Shown: piece after piece, positions 41,282 through 53,594 of the stretch
Layout of the letters: each line of letters starts with the position of its first letter
Position numbering within the stretch: position 1 is the stretch's first letter
Assembly: GCA_963848295.1 (NCBI GenBank)
Contig: CAWKDB010000011.1
Location: 64,001 to 128,000, forward strand
Direction of reading: 5' to 3'
DNA: 64,000 bases
Source: an uncultured delta proteobacterium
Lineage (GTDB): Bacteria; Myxococcota_A; Polyangia; Haliangiales; Haliangiaceae
Made by a program: the position numbers and the translations under genes
Notes under the pieces: model-generated
Told to the model about the DNA's origin: nothing
The model's input: the letters and a program-made list of their open reading frames with translations, nothing else
Databases searched by the model: none

Positions 41282-42666
41282 TCACTGCGCCATCGAGTAT
41301 TCGTCGCTGCTCGGCGCCCGGAGCGAGTGCACCTCTTTGACCGGCGGCATCTTCGCGTCGGGATCTTTGTTCGTGCCGCGGCGGACGTACTCGGTGACCG
41401 GCTTGTAGCTCACGGTCCACTTGTCCTCGCGCACCATCTTCTTGCCTTGGTAGAACCGGCGGAACCGGGTCAGCTTGTAGCCATCGAACCCGGCTTGATC
41501 GAGCGTGGTCTGGCCATCGGGCATGTCGTCGTCGAGTCGCTCGTCGGTCGTCGAACGGCGTCTCCTCGATGACTTTGCGCGCGAACACGATCTTGTCGTA
41601 CGGCCGCGGCTTGCCGAGCACCTCGACGACCGCCTCGCCGTTCGCGACGCGATAGTGGATCGCGACCGGGAAGTCGTACGGGTTCTTGAGCTTGAGGTCG
41701 GTGTCCGGCCACACGACCGTCGCGTCGAAGCCGAGCGGCGTGTAGGCGCTCGGCCGCGAGTGGTTCGTCGTCTTGACGATGTCGAGGCCGGCGAAGAACG
41801 CGGCGCCGAACAGCGTCGTCGAGATCTGGCAGGTGCCGCCGGCGAGGCCGTCGACCATCTCGCCCGCGGTGATGACGTGCGCGATCTTGTAGCCTTCTTT
41901 TTCAGAGCGCTCGCCGACCTGGCCGTTGAACGACCACTCCTCGTGCGGCTTGAGCACGGCGCCGTCGATCTTGCTCGCGGCGAGCTTGAGGTTGAAGTTG
42001 CGCTCGCGGTCGAGCGCCGGGAACCGCGTCATGTAGTGCCCGAGCACGTGCGAGATGTCGTCGATGCCGAGCGCCTGCTTCGTGACGCCGGCGGCGATCG
42101 GCACCGAGACGAGCTCGACCTTCGCGGCACCTTGGCGCGCCGCGACCTCGATCTTCGGCAGCGAGGCCCAGACGTCGATGCCCAGGCCGGGCGTGTCGGG
42201 GTGGATCTTCCGCTCCTCGAGATCGAGGTAGGCGTCGGTCGGCGAGCGATCGAGTCTTCGCCTTGAGCGCGAGCAGCCGCTTCGTCGCCTTGTCGCGATC
42301 GATGCGGACCGGCAGCGCCGCCTTCGCACCGAGCGCGGACAGCTGGCCCGCGGTCTCGGCGGTCACGCGCGCGAGCTCGTCGGGATCGACTTCGACGCCG
42401 AGGTCGGCCCACGTCAGCTTCTCGGTCGTGCCGTTCGCGGTGACGTCGACCGGCTGTGCGAGCAACGCGGTGAGCGCCGCGCTGGCCGTGGCGCCCGGAT
42501 GAAGCCGGTCGGTGGCAGGCGGTTGCGTGACCGTCGCGGCGCGCGCCTCGCTGCGGGTCGCGACGACGTAATAGGCACCGGTCAAGCCGCCTGCGGCGAC
42601 CAGCATTCCACCCGCGATGCCGAGCAAGATCGCGCCGCGTTGCCGAGCTCGAGTACCTGACGACAT
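41282..42666 (-). CDS. VanW family protein (frameshifts near 42255 and 41550)
   Basis: N-terminal TM; RNFNLKLAA..IDG.VL.P.E.WSFN, GG.CQISTTL, NHS..S.Y..LG.DATV, DLKLKNP; G5-like tail. Confidence 0.85.
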
Positions 42667-42904
42667 GACTAGGTCCTTTCTATCACGGGTCGCGCACGCC
42701 CCCACAGAGACTGCACCGTCGAGGCCAGCCCCGAGCCCCGAGGCCGATCGATCGATCGGCTGTCCGGCGCAGCAAGGACGGCCGAATCCTTGGATCGAGG
42801 GTCCACGACGCTGTCGCGAGCCCCGGATCGTGTCCTCAGGTACGCGCCGAGCGTGTCTAGCCGGCCACGTTCTACCCCGGTCGGTCATGCTAGGCTTTGC
42901 GCCA

Positions 42905-43096
42905 GTGAGCTCGTTGGTCCAGCGCAACAAAGTGGTGGCCAAACGCAAAGGTGGCCTCGCCGCTGCCACCGCGGTCGGCGGCGCGGTCGTCATCGTAGCT
43001 GGCGCGCCGGTGATCGGCGCGATCGGACTTGCCGGAGCGGCGTACCTCGCCTGGGACTGGTTCTCGTTCCGGGTCAAGCACGGCATGCGCTTCTAG
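42905..43096 (+). CDS. Small membrane protein (63 aa)
   Basis: Hydrophobic hairpin GGAVVIVAGAPVIGAIGLAGAAYLAWDWF; TGcTAGGCT promoter 8 nt upstream. Confidence 0.65.
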   Translation: MSSLVQRNKVVAKRKGGLAAATAVGGAVVIVAGAPVIGAIGLAGAAYLAWDWFSFRVKHGMRF

Positions 43097-43106
43097 CTGG
43101 GCGGGC

Positions 43107-44690
43107 GTGGCGGAAGACAGCTTCGCCGCGGGCCTCGTCGGGATCACGCTCGAAGGGCGCTATCGCCTCGACGCGGTGCTCGGCGAGGGCGGCATGGGCG
43201 CGGTGTTTCGCGCGCAGCACTTACAGATGGACCGCAAGGTGGCGGTCAAGTTGTTGAAGCCGCACCTGGTGAACGACGAAGCGGCAACGCAGCGCTTTCT
43301 GCGCGAGGCCCGGAGCACGCTGAAGGTCGACTCGCCGCATGCGGTCAAGGTGCTCGACTTCGGCATCACGCCGCAGCGCGACTACTACATCGTGCTCGAG
43401 TACCTCGACGGGCGCACCGTGCAGCGCGAGCTCGACGTCGACGGCCCGTTCGCGCCGTTGCGCGTGTTGCACATCGCGCAGCACGCTCTTGAAGGGCTCG
43501 CGGTGGCCCACGAGCGCGGGCTGATTCATCGCGACATCAAGCCCGACAATATTCTGTTGATGCGCGTCGGCGACGATCACGACTTCACGAAGGTGCTCGA
43601 TTTCGGGGTCGCCAAGCTGATGGAAGGCGGCGCGCGCACCGATCGATCTGCACTCGCGCTGACCGCCGCGGGCACGGTGTTCGGTACCCCCGAGTTCATG
43701 TCGCCCGAGCAGGCGTGCGGTCACGCGCTCGATGCGCGCAGCGATCTGTACTCGCTCGCCGCGACGATCTTCGCGATGCTGACCGGCTGCGGCATGTTCA
43801 CCGCGAGCTCGCCGATCGAATGGTTGACCCATCATGCGCGGACTCCGCCACCTCACCTCGCCGATGCGCTGCCCGCACTCGAGCCCTACCGCGAGGTCGA
43901 CGCGGTGCTCCAGCGCTGCCTCGCGAAGCAACGCGATCAACGACCGACGACCGCGCGAGAGATGGCGCGACTCCTCGCGGATCTCGAGTGCCACCTGCGC
44001 GGCGAGCCCGCGCGGCCAGCGTCGATCGAACCGCGCCGCGATCCGGGCGGCGGCGCCCGGTCGCCGCACGAGCAGCCCATGCTGCAGGTCGCGACCCCTC
44101 GGTTCTCACCGTCGAGCTTCATCGCGGCATTGCCGGTCGAGACCCTGCCCGCTTCGCCGACGACCGGCTCGCTCGCGCCCCGGTCGCGCCGCGGCCTGTG
44201 GCTCGCGCTCGGTGCGCTGGCCGTGCTCGGCGTCGTCGCGACCGCGATCGCGATCGTCGCGACTCATGATCCCGACGGCCCGAGGCCGGCACCGGAGGTC
44301 GTCGCGACGACTCGAGGCGTCCCGAGCGATGCGCGCGTCCTGGCGGCCGGCGACACCGCGCGACCGGTCGACGCCGCGGTTGCCGTCGTGGCGGCCGACG
44401 CCGCGGCGGCGCGCCCGGCCGCGCCGCCACACCACCCGGGCGGCGGCGAGGTCGCCCGTTTGCTCGCCGATGCCGAGCATGCCGCCCGCACCGGCAACCG
44501 TCTGCACCAGATAACCCAGGCCGACGCAGCGCTCCGGCTCGACCCGCACAGCGTGAGGGCGAAGCTCCTACTCGCAGACGGGGAGATCGCGTATGGCGAT
44601 CTCGACCTAGGTTGCAAGTACTTACGCGAGCTCAAACACAGCGCCGAGGCCGCCGCGCGGGCGAAGTCGGCGGGCTGCCCCACCGATTGA
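43107..44690 (+). CDS. Membrane Ser/Thr protein kinase
   Basis: GEGGMG, VAVKLL, HRDIKPDN, VLDFG, FMSPE; TM; C-terminal TPR-like region. Confidence 0.93.
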   Translation: MAEDSFAAGLVGITLEGRYRLDAVLGEGGMGAVFRAQHLQMDRKVAVKLLKPHLVNDEAATQRFLREARSTLKVDSPHAVKVLDFGITPQRDYYIVLEYLDGRTVQRELDVDGPFAPLRVLHIAQHALEGLAVAHERGLIHRDIKPDNILLMRVGDDHDFTKVLDFGVAKLMEGGARTDRSALALTAAGTVFGTPEFMSPEQACGHALDARSDLYSLAATIFAMLTGCGMFTASSPIEWLTHHARTPPPHLADALPALEPYREVDAVLQRCLAKQRDQRPTTAREMARLLADLECHLRGEPARPASIEPRRDPGGGARSPHEQPMLQVATPRFSPSSFIAALPVETLPASPTTGSLAPRSRRGLWLALGALAVLGVVATAIAIVATHDPDGPRPAPEVVATTRGVPSDARVLAAGDTARPVDAAVAVVAADAAAARPAAPPHHPGGGEVARLLADAEHAARTGNRLHQITQADAALRLDPHSVRAKLLLADGEIAYGDLDLGCKYLRELKHSAEAAARAKSAGCPTD

Positions 44691-44724
44691 CCCCGATCAC
44701 GGCCCGCCCGTATCCTCAGTGCCG

Positions 44725-46527
44725 GTGACCGCAACTGTCGACGGACCCAGTGTCAGCGGACGACTCTCGTCGTCGCGACTACAGGCCGGCGTCCAGCTCG
44801 GCGATTTCGTGTTGGGCCAGCCACTGTGGCCGATGCGGATCGCCGAGGCCTATCGCGCCAATGGGCCGAAAGGCGCCGCGACGATCTACGTCATCCACAG
44901 CTCGCTCGCCGCTCACCCACAGCTGCGCGACGCGATCGTCGGCGGCACGCGCGCAGCCGCCGCGCTGCCCGACCATCGCCACCTCGTGCGTACGCTCGCG
45001 GCGGGGCTGACCGGCGACGTCCTGTGGATCGCGACCGAAGAGGTCGAAGGATCGATCGTCCGCGATCTGCTGCTCAAGAAACGTCAATCGGGCGGCTCGG
45101 GCTTCGGCGCACGCGGCACGGGGAACCTCATCACCGGCGTCGCCGCTGCACTCGGTGATCACCACCACGGCGCGCTGACGACCGAGTCCGTCGCGGTCAG
45201 CCGCACGGGTCGCGTTCGCGTCATCGACCTCGCGCTCGCCGCCGGCACCGCCGCCGCGATCGCCGCGAAGTTGATCCCGGCGTCGAGCGCGATCGCGCCC
45301 GAGGTCGCAGCCGGCGCGGCCCCGAACGGACCGGCCGATGTCTACTCGATCGGCGCCTTGCTCTACGAGGCGCTCGTCGGCAAGCCGCTCGAGCGCGGTG
45401 GGCCGCGGCCGAGCGACGTCGTGCCCGACGCGAACTCGCAGATCGACGAGGTCGTCGCGCGCGCTTGCCACCAAGATCCGGCCAAGCGCTTCGGCCGGGT
45501 CGATGTCGTCGGCGAGGTCGTCGGCGAAGCGCTGACCAAGGGCGGCGCGATCTACACCCAGGCCGTGCCCTTGCTCGATGCCGCGCCGACGCTCGCGGCG
45601 CAAGTGCCGCAGCAGTCACTCGCCGCCGACATCTCGGCCGCCGCATCGGGCAGCACCCGCGCCGGCAAAGACGTCGCCGCGACCTCGGGCAACGCCGTCA
45701 TCGATCGCGCACTCGCCGCGGCGTTGTCGGACACCGCCGAGAAGTGGCTCGTCACGAAAGGCCGGCTCGACTACGGGCCGTTCTCGCTCGCCGACATCGT
45801 CGCCCAGATCGATCAGGGCGAGGTCGTCGGTGACAACGCGATCGTGGACAAGGACACCGGCGCGCGCACCTCGATCGGCGAGCACCCGTTGCTCGGTCCA
45901 GTCGTCGACGTGGCGAAGCAACGCCTCGACGACAAGCGGCGTGCGCAGGCCGAGGTCGTCGAGCAGAAGCGCGAGAAGAGTCGCGGCGCCTTGCTCTACG
46001 CCGTGATCGGCCTCGGCATCGCCGGCGTCGCGGTCGGCGGCTACTTCATCGTGCAATCGGTGCGCGGCGAGTCCGGCAAGAAGGTCGCGGCGGTCAGCCA
46101 GATCGAAGGTGCGAGTCTCCAAGTGAAGGTGTCCGAGCCGAAGGTCCCGCCCGCGAAGCACCACGGCGGAGGCGCCGGGCGTCACACCGGCGGCGGCAAC
46201 ACCGGCAGCCTCGCGAACAGCAGCGAGAACATGGCGCTCGATCTCAGCGACGACAGCGACGAGACCGAGACGCTCGGCATGGACAAGGTCTACGCCGTGT
46301 ACTCGCACTACGGCGCGCAGCTCGGCGGCTGCCTCCAGAGCAACGGCGCGAGCCAAGCGAACATCGCGATCATCATCAACGGCCCGAGCGGGCGCGTGAA
46401 CTTCGTCAAGGTCAACGGCGCGGCCGCCGGCGGCTTGTGGAACTGTCTGAACCGGGTCATGCGCACGATGCAGTTCCCCACGATCCACGGCCCGCGCACC
46501 CGCGCGGAATTCGACATCGGGATCTGA
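44725..46527 (+). CDS. Pseudokinase - GYF_2-like - TM - AgmX/PglI-like C-terminal domain protein
   Basis: Kinase fold with IAPE and ADVYSIG but no VAIK/HRD/DFG; KWLVTKGRLDYGPFS; C-terminal ...GCL...CLNRVMRTMQFP. Confidence 0.7.
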   Translation: MTATVDGPSVSGRLSSSRLQAGVQLGDFVLGQPLWPMRIAEAYRANGPKGAATIYVIHSSLAAHPQLRDAIVGGTRAAAALPDHRHLVRTLAAGLTGDVLWIATEEVEGSIVRDLLLKKRQSGGSGFGARGTGNLITGVAAALGDHHHGALTTESVAVSRTGRVRVIDLALAAGTAAAIAAKLIPASSAIAPEVAAGAAPNGPADVYSIGALLYEALVGKPLERGGPRPSDVVPDANSQIDEVVARACHQDPAKRFGRVDVVGEVVGEALTKGGAIYTQAVPLLDAAPTLAAQVPQQSLAADISAAASGSTRAGKDVAATSGNAVIDRALAAALSDTAEKWLVTKGRLDYGPFSLADIVAQIDQGEVVGDNAIVDKDTGARTSIGEHPLLGPVVDVAKQRLDDKRRAQAEVVEQKREKSRGALLYAVIGLGIAGVAVGGYFIVQSVRGESGKKVAAVSQIEGASLQVKVSEPKVPPAKHHGGGAGRHTGGGNTGSLANSSENMALDLSDDSDETETLGMDKVYAVYSHYGAQLGGCLQSNGASQANIAIIINGPSGRVNFVKVNGAAAGGLWNCLNRVMRTMQFPTIHGPRTRAEFDIGI

Positions 46528-46528
46528 C

Positions 46529-49590
<3,062 letters not shown>

Positions 49591-49594
<4 letters not shown>

Positions 49595-50187
49595 ACCGCC
49601 TCGCGTGCGCAGCGCTGCTCGCGATCGCCGCGTGCGGTCCGCCGCCCGCGCCGCGAGCACCGACCGGCTCGCGCGCGACGGTGCGCGCCGAGATCGACCG
49701 CGCCGAGGACGCGGAGCGCGCGCGCCAACACGAGGTCGCGCGTGCGCACTACGAAGCGGCGGTGGCGGCCGCTCGCGACCCCGCCGACGTGCACCTCGCG
49801 CATCGCGAGTTCGCCGACACGCTCGCATCGTGGGGCGAGGCCGCCACCGCCGCGAAGCAGCTCGAAGCCGCGGTCGCGGCCGTACCCGATCAGGCGGCCG
49901 ACTGGCATGATCTCGGGTTCTTGCGGTTCAACGCCGGCGACGTGCCGGGCGCGCTGACCGCGCTCGAACGGGCGAAGCAGCTCGCACCGGACGACCCTCG
50001 GCCGCGGCTCACGCTCGCGGTCATCAAGTGGAAGCGCGGCGATCGCGCCGGCGCCGCCGCGGAGTATCGCGGCCTGCTCGGGCTCCAGCTCGACGCGACG
50101 CTGCGCGCCAAGGTGCAATGGGCGCTCGACCAGCTCGCGAAGCCGCCGCGCGACTCGACACCGGCGGCGCCGCAGCCACCCACGTGA
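49591..50187 (+). CDS. TPR lipoprotein
   Basis: Lipobox IAAC; several TPR helical pairs. Confidence 0.8.
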
Positions 50188-50201
50188 CATACTCCAGCCG
50201 C

Positions 50202-52754
50202 ATGTTGCGTCGCTTCGCGTTCGGGTTCGCGCTGGTCTCCGCGGCCGCGGGATCGGCGTCGGCGCAGGCCCCGTTCTTCACGTGGGAGGGCAAGGTCGAG
50301 CTCGACGCCAACGGGATCACCGACAAGGACGGGACACTGCGGCTCGCCGCGGTCGACCGGCTGTCGGGCGACGACATCCACCTGACCCAGCCGTACTTGA
50401 TGAAGTTGCTGACCGACGAAGAGCCGCGGGTCCGGTTCGCGGCGGCGAAGGCGCTCGGCAACGGCGCTGCGACCGCGGCGGTGCCGATCATGATCGAGTG
50501 GCTGTCCGACACCGATCCGAAGACCCGCGCGCTCGCCGCGGAAGTGCTCGGCAACATCGGCGGCCCGGCGGCGACGCAAGCCCTGACCCGCTCGCTAGGC
50601 GACATCGATGCGACGGTCCGGCAACGTGCGGTGCACTCGCTCGGTCAGATCGGCCAGCGCGGCACGCCGAGCGTCGTGATCGCGTTGATCCCCCGCCTCG
50701 AAGATGACAAGCCCGAGGTCCGGCGCGAGACGATCGATCAGCTCGACCAGCTCGGCGACAAGCGCGCGGTGATCCCGCTGATCGCGAAGTTCGACGAGCG
50801 CTCGCCCGAGACCAAGCGCCGCGCGATCGAGGCGGTCGGCCGGCTCGGCGACAAGTCCGCCGTCCCCGCGCTCGAACGCCAGATCCGCGACTCCGATGAC
50901 AAGGTGCGCACCGCCGCGGTCGTCGCGCTCGGTCAGCTCGGCGCGGTCGACGCGATCGATCTGCTCGTCGATCAGCTGTCGGTCACCGGCGACGCCTATC
51001 GCGCGACGGTCGCGACCGCGCTCGGCCAGATCGGCGCGCAACCGAACGCCGGCAAGGCCGGCGCAGAGGCGTTGCGCCGGCTGGTCCAGGAGCTCGGTCC
51101 GCACACCGCGTTGAAGGTCGCGGCGCAGAGTGCGTTGCGCGCCGCAGGTGCCGCCGCGGTGCCGGCGCTGGTCGCTCACCTCGAAGGCAAGATCGCAGGC
51201 GATCCGACGAGCGCGGTCCAGTTACTCGCCGATGTCGGCGATGCGCGCGCGACCGCGGCGTTGACCGCCGAGCTCGAGCGCGGCCGAGTCGCGCTGCCGT
51301 TGGTGTTGAAGGCGCTCGGTGCGACGCATGATCCGAACGCGCTCGTGCCGGTGCTCGGCCAGCTGTCGAGCAAGGACCCGGCGATCCGACTCGCCGCGAT
51401 GGAGGCGCTGCGCCCGCTGCTCGGCCGCGACGCTCGCGCCGGTGACGTCCTGGTCGAGCACATCGACGACGAGGATCTCGAGGTCCGGATCCTCGCGGTC
51501 GAGTATCTCGGCATGCTCGAGGTGGCCAGCGCGACGCCGCGCCTGATCGCGCTCGCCGGTCGCGGCAACCCGGCGCGCCTGCGCCACGCCGCGATCGATG
51601 CACTCGGCGAGATCGCCGCGCCGACCGCGACCGCCGCGCTCGTCGACGTGTTGCGCGATGGCTCGCCCGAGCTGCAACGCGCCGCCGCGACCGCGCTGTC
51701 GTACATCGGCGATCGCGCCGCGATCGCGGCGCTGACCTCGCTCGCGAGCACCGAGCACGGCCCGAATCGCCACGAGATCGTGCGCGCGCTCGGTGCGACG
51801 CTGCGCGATCACCCCGATGACGCCGGGCGCAAGCAGTTGCGCGAGCTCGTCGCCGATCGAGATCCCAAGGTCGCGGTCGCCGCGATCCAAGGCCTGGCCG
51901 CCGCCGGCGATCCGCGCGATGCCGCGGTGCTGCGGCCGATCGCGATCGACGCTGCGCCCGAACGCCGCCGGGCGGCGCTCACCGCGCTCGCCGATCTGCG
52001 CGACAGCGGCGCCTGGGACATCCTCGCCGAGGCGTTGGCGATGAAAGACGATCGCATCGCCGGCGATGCCGCGTGGGCGCTCGGCGAGCTCGCCGCGCTG
52101 GCGCCGCGCGACGCCCACGTCGCCGCGTTGCCCGATCGCTGGCTCGCGCTGACCCGCCGCGCGGGTTGGGCCGCCGCGATCGACGCGACCGGAGCCCTCG
52201 CGCGCGCGCTGTGGGCCCTCCCCGCCGCCGACCGCGCCGCGCTCGTCGCCGGAGGGAAGCGCACCGCGCTCGGTCAGCTCGCGTTCCACCGGTCGCGGCT
52301 CGTCCGGATCAACACCTGCTCCGCGCTCGCCGCGCTCGGCGACGACGCCGCGATCAAGCAGCTGTCGCAGTTGCTGAAGGACGACCCGAGCCCGGCGGTC
52401 CGGCTCGCGGCCGCGACCGCGCTCGGCCGCACCGGCAAGGCCACAGCCGCGCTCGTGGCCGCCGCGACGAGCGACCGCGATCCGGCCGTGCGCAAAGCGG
52501 CGACCGACGCACAGCCGGGATTGCCCCCGCCGCCCGCGGCGACGCCGAAAGATCCATGGGCGCTGTTCTACGTCGTCGATCCGGCGACCGACGACGCGAT
52601 CTCGCGGCAAGGACCGTTCTTCGTCCACCGCCCCGACGGCATCGTGTGGGCGACCTACACCGACGCGCGCGGCATGCTCGCCGCCGAGCATCGCCCGGCC
52701 GGCGACGCCGACAAGTGGCCGGTGTGGCCCGCGAGTCGCGAAGCCGAGTACTAG
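50202..52754 (+). CDS. Exported HEAT-repeat protein
   Basis: Signal peptide; many D....VR..AA.ALG......AV..L repeats; alternative GTG start at 50184. Confidence 0.85.
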   Translation: MLRRFAFGFALVSAAAGSASAQAPFFTWEGKVELDANGITDKDGTLRLAAVDRLSGDDIHLTQPYLMKLLTDEEPRVRFAAAKALGNGAATAAVPIMIEWLSDTDPKTRALAAEVLGNIGGPAATQALTRSLGDIDATVRQRAVHSLGQIGQRGTPSVVIALIPRLEDDKPEVRRETIDQLDQLGDKRAVIPLIAKFDERSPETKRRAIEAVGRLGDKSAVPALERQIRDSDDKVRTAAVVALGQLGAVDAIDLLVDQLSVTGDAYRATVATALGQIGAQPNAGKAGAEALRRLVQELGPHTALKVAAQSALRAAGAAAVPALVAHLEGKIAGDPTSAVQLLADVGDARATAALTAELERGRVALPLVLKALGATHDPNALVPVLGQLSSKDPAIRLAAMEALRPLLGRDARAGDVLVEHIDDEDLEVRILAVEYLGMLEVASATPRLIALAGRGNPARLRHAAIDALGEIAAPTATAALVDVLRDGSPELQRAAATALSYIGDRAAIAALTSLASTEHGPNRHEIVRALGATLRDHPDDAGRKQLRELVADRDPKVAVAAIQGLAAAGDPRDAAVLRPIAIDAAPERRRAALTALADLRDSGAWDILAEALAMKDDRIAGDAAWALGELAALAPRDAHVAALPDRWLALTRRAGWAAAIDATGALARALWALPAADRAALVAGGKRTALGQLAFHRSRLVRINTCSALAALGDDAAIKQLSQLLKDDPSPAVRLAAATALGRTGKATAALVAAATSDRDPAVRKAATDAQPGLPPPPAATPKDPWALFYVVDPATDDAISRQGPFFVHRPDGIVWATYTDARGMLAAEHRPAGDADKWPVWPASREAEY

Positions 52755-52758
52755 ACCG

Positions 52759-52843
52759 GGGGACGGTGTTCACGATGACAACCGCGTCATAACGATTCCC
52801 ATACGTTGCAGCGGATCTGGTTGTCAAAGTGAACACCGTCCCC
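52759..52843. repeat. REP/MITE-like element with 25-bp imperfect terminal inverted repeats
   Basis: GGGGACGGTGTTCAC-GA-TGACAACC ... GGTTGTCA-AA-GTGAACACCGTCCCC between convergent genes. Confidence 0.8.
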
Positions 52844-52859
52844 GCTCGCAGCTCGCAGC

Positions 52860-53501
52860 TCACGCCGCGCGCTTGAAGCCGTAGTCGCGGGCGGCGACGT
52901 CGGCGAGCTCTTTCTCGAGCACGCGGCGCGCGCGGAACAGGCGCGACATCACGGTGCCGATCGGGACGCCGGTCGCGTCGGCGATGTCCTTGTACTTCTC
53001 GCCGCGCAGGTCGGCGCGCTCGACGACGTCGCGATAGTCCTCGCCGAGCGTGCGGAGCGCCGCCTGGACTTCGTCGCACAGCTCGGCGTCGCGGATCGGC
53101 TCGTCGAGCACGTCGGTGCGGTCCTGGTCGCGACCGTACAGCGCGGTCAGCGCGTCGCCCGGGCGCTCGGTCGCGAACCGCTGGTGCCGGCGGCGCTTGC
53201 GATAGCCGTTGATGAACGCGTTGGTCAGGATGCGGAACAGCCACGCGCGGACGTTCGAGCCGGGCTCGAAGCTGTGCCACGCGACCATCGCGCGGAGCAG
53301 CGCCTCTTGCACGAGATCCTTCGCGGTGTCGGGGTCGCGGCAGATCCGCATCGCGACGCCGTACAGCTCTTGCTGATGCGGCAAGCAGGTCGCGGCGAAC
53401 TCGCCGTGGGGACCCGCGACGCGCGTCGCGTGACGCGGAGCCTCGGCGGGACGGCGAACGATGCGAGAGGCGGTGGGGATGCTGGGAGACTTGCGCGCCA
53501 T
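52860..53501 (-). CDS. ECF sigma factor (SigH/SigR-like)
   Basis: AKDLVQEALLRA, RAWLFRILTNAFIN, YKDIADATGVPIGTVMSRLFRAR. Confidence 0.92.
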   Translation of the reverse strand: MARKSPSIPTASRIVRRPAEAPRHATRVAGPHGEFAATCLPHQQELYGVAMRICRDPDTAKDLVQEALLRAMVAWHSFEPGSNVRAWLFRILTNAFINGYRKRRRHQRFATERPGDALTALYGRDQDRTDVLDEPIRDAELCDEVQAALRTLGEDYRDVVERADLRGEKYKDIADATGVPIGTVMSRLFRARRVLEKELADVAARDYGFKRAA

Positions 53502-53514
53502 GGTGAGGTCCAAG

Positions 53515-53530
53515 AGCACCCGACGTGCCA
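53515..53530 (-). promoter_or_regulatory. Sigma54 -24/-12 promoter of the ECF sigma gene
   Basis: TGGCACGTCGGGTGCT (GG-N10-GC). Confidence 0.6.
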
Positions 53531-53594
53531 CGCGCAAGATCCTGGATCTCTAGGCACTCTTGACCGACGAGGCCGACGAGACACGCGACGCGTC

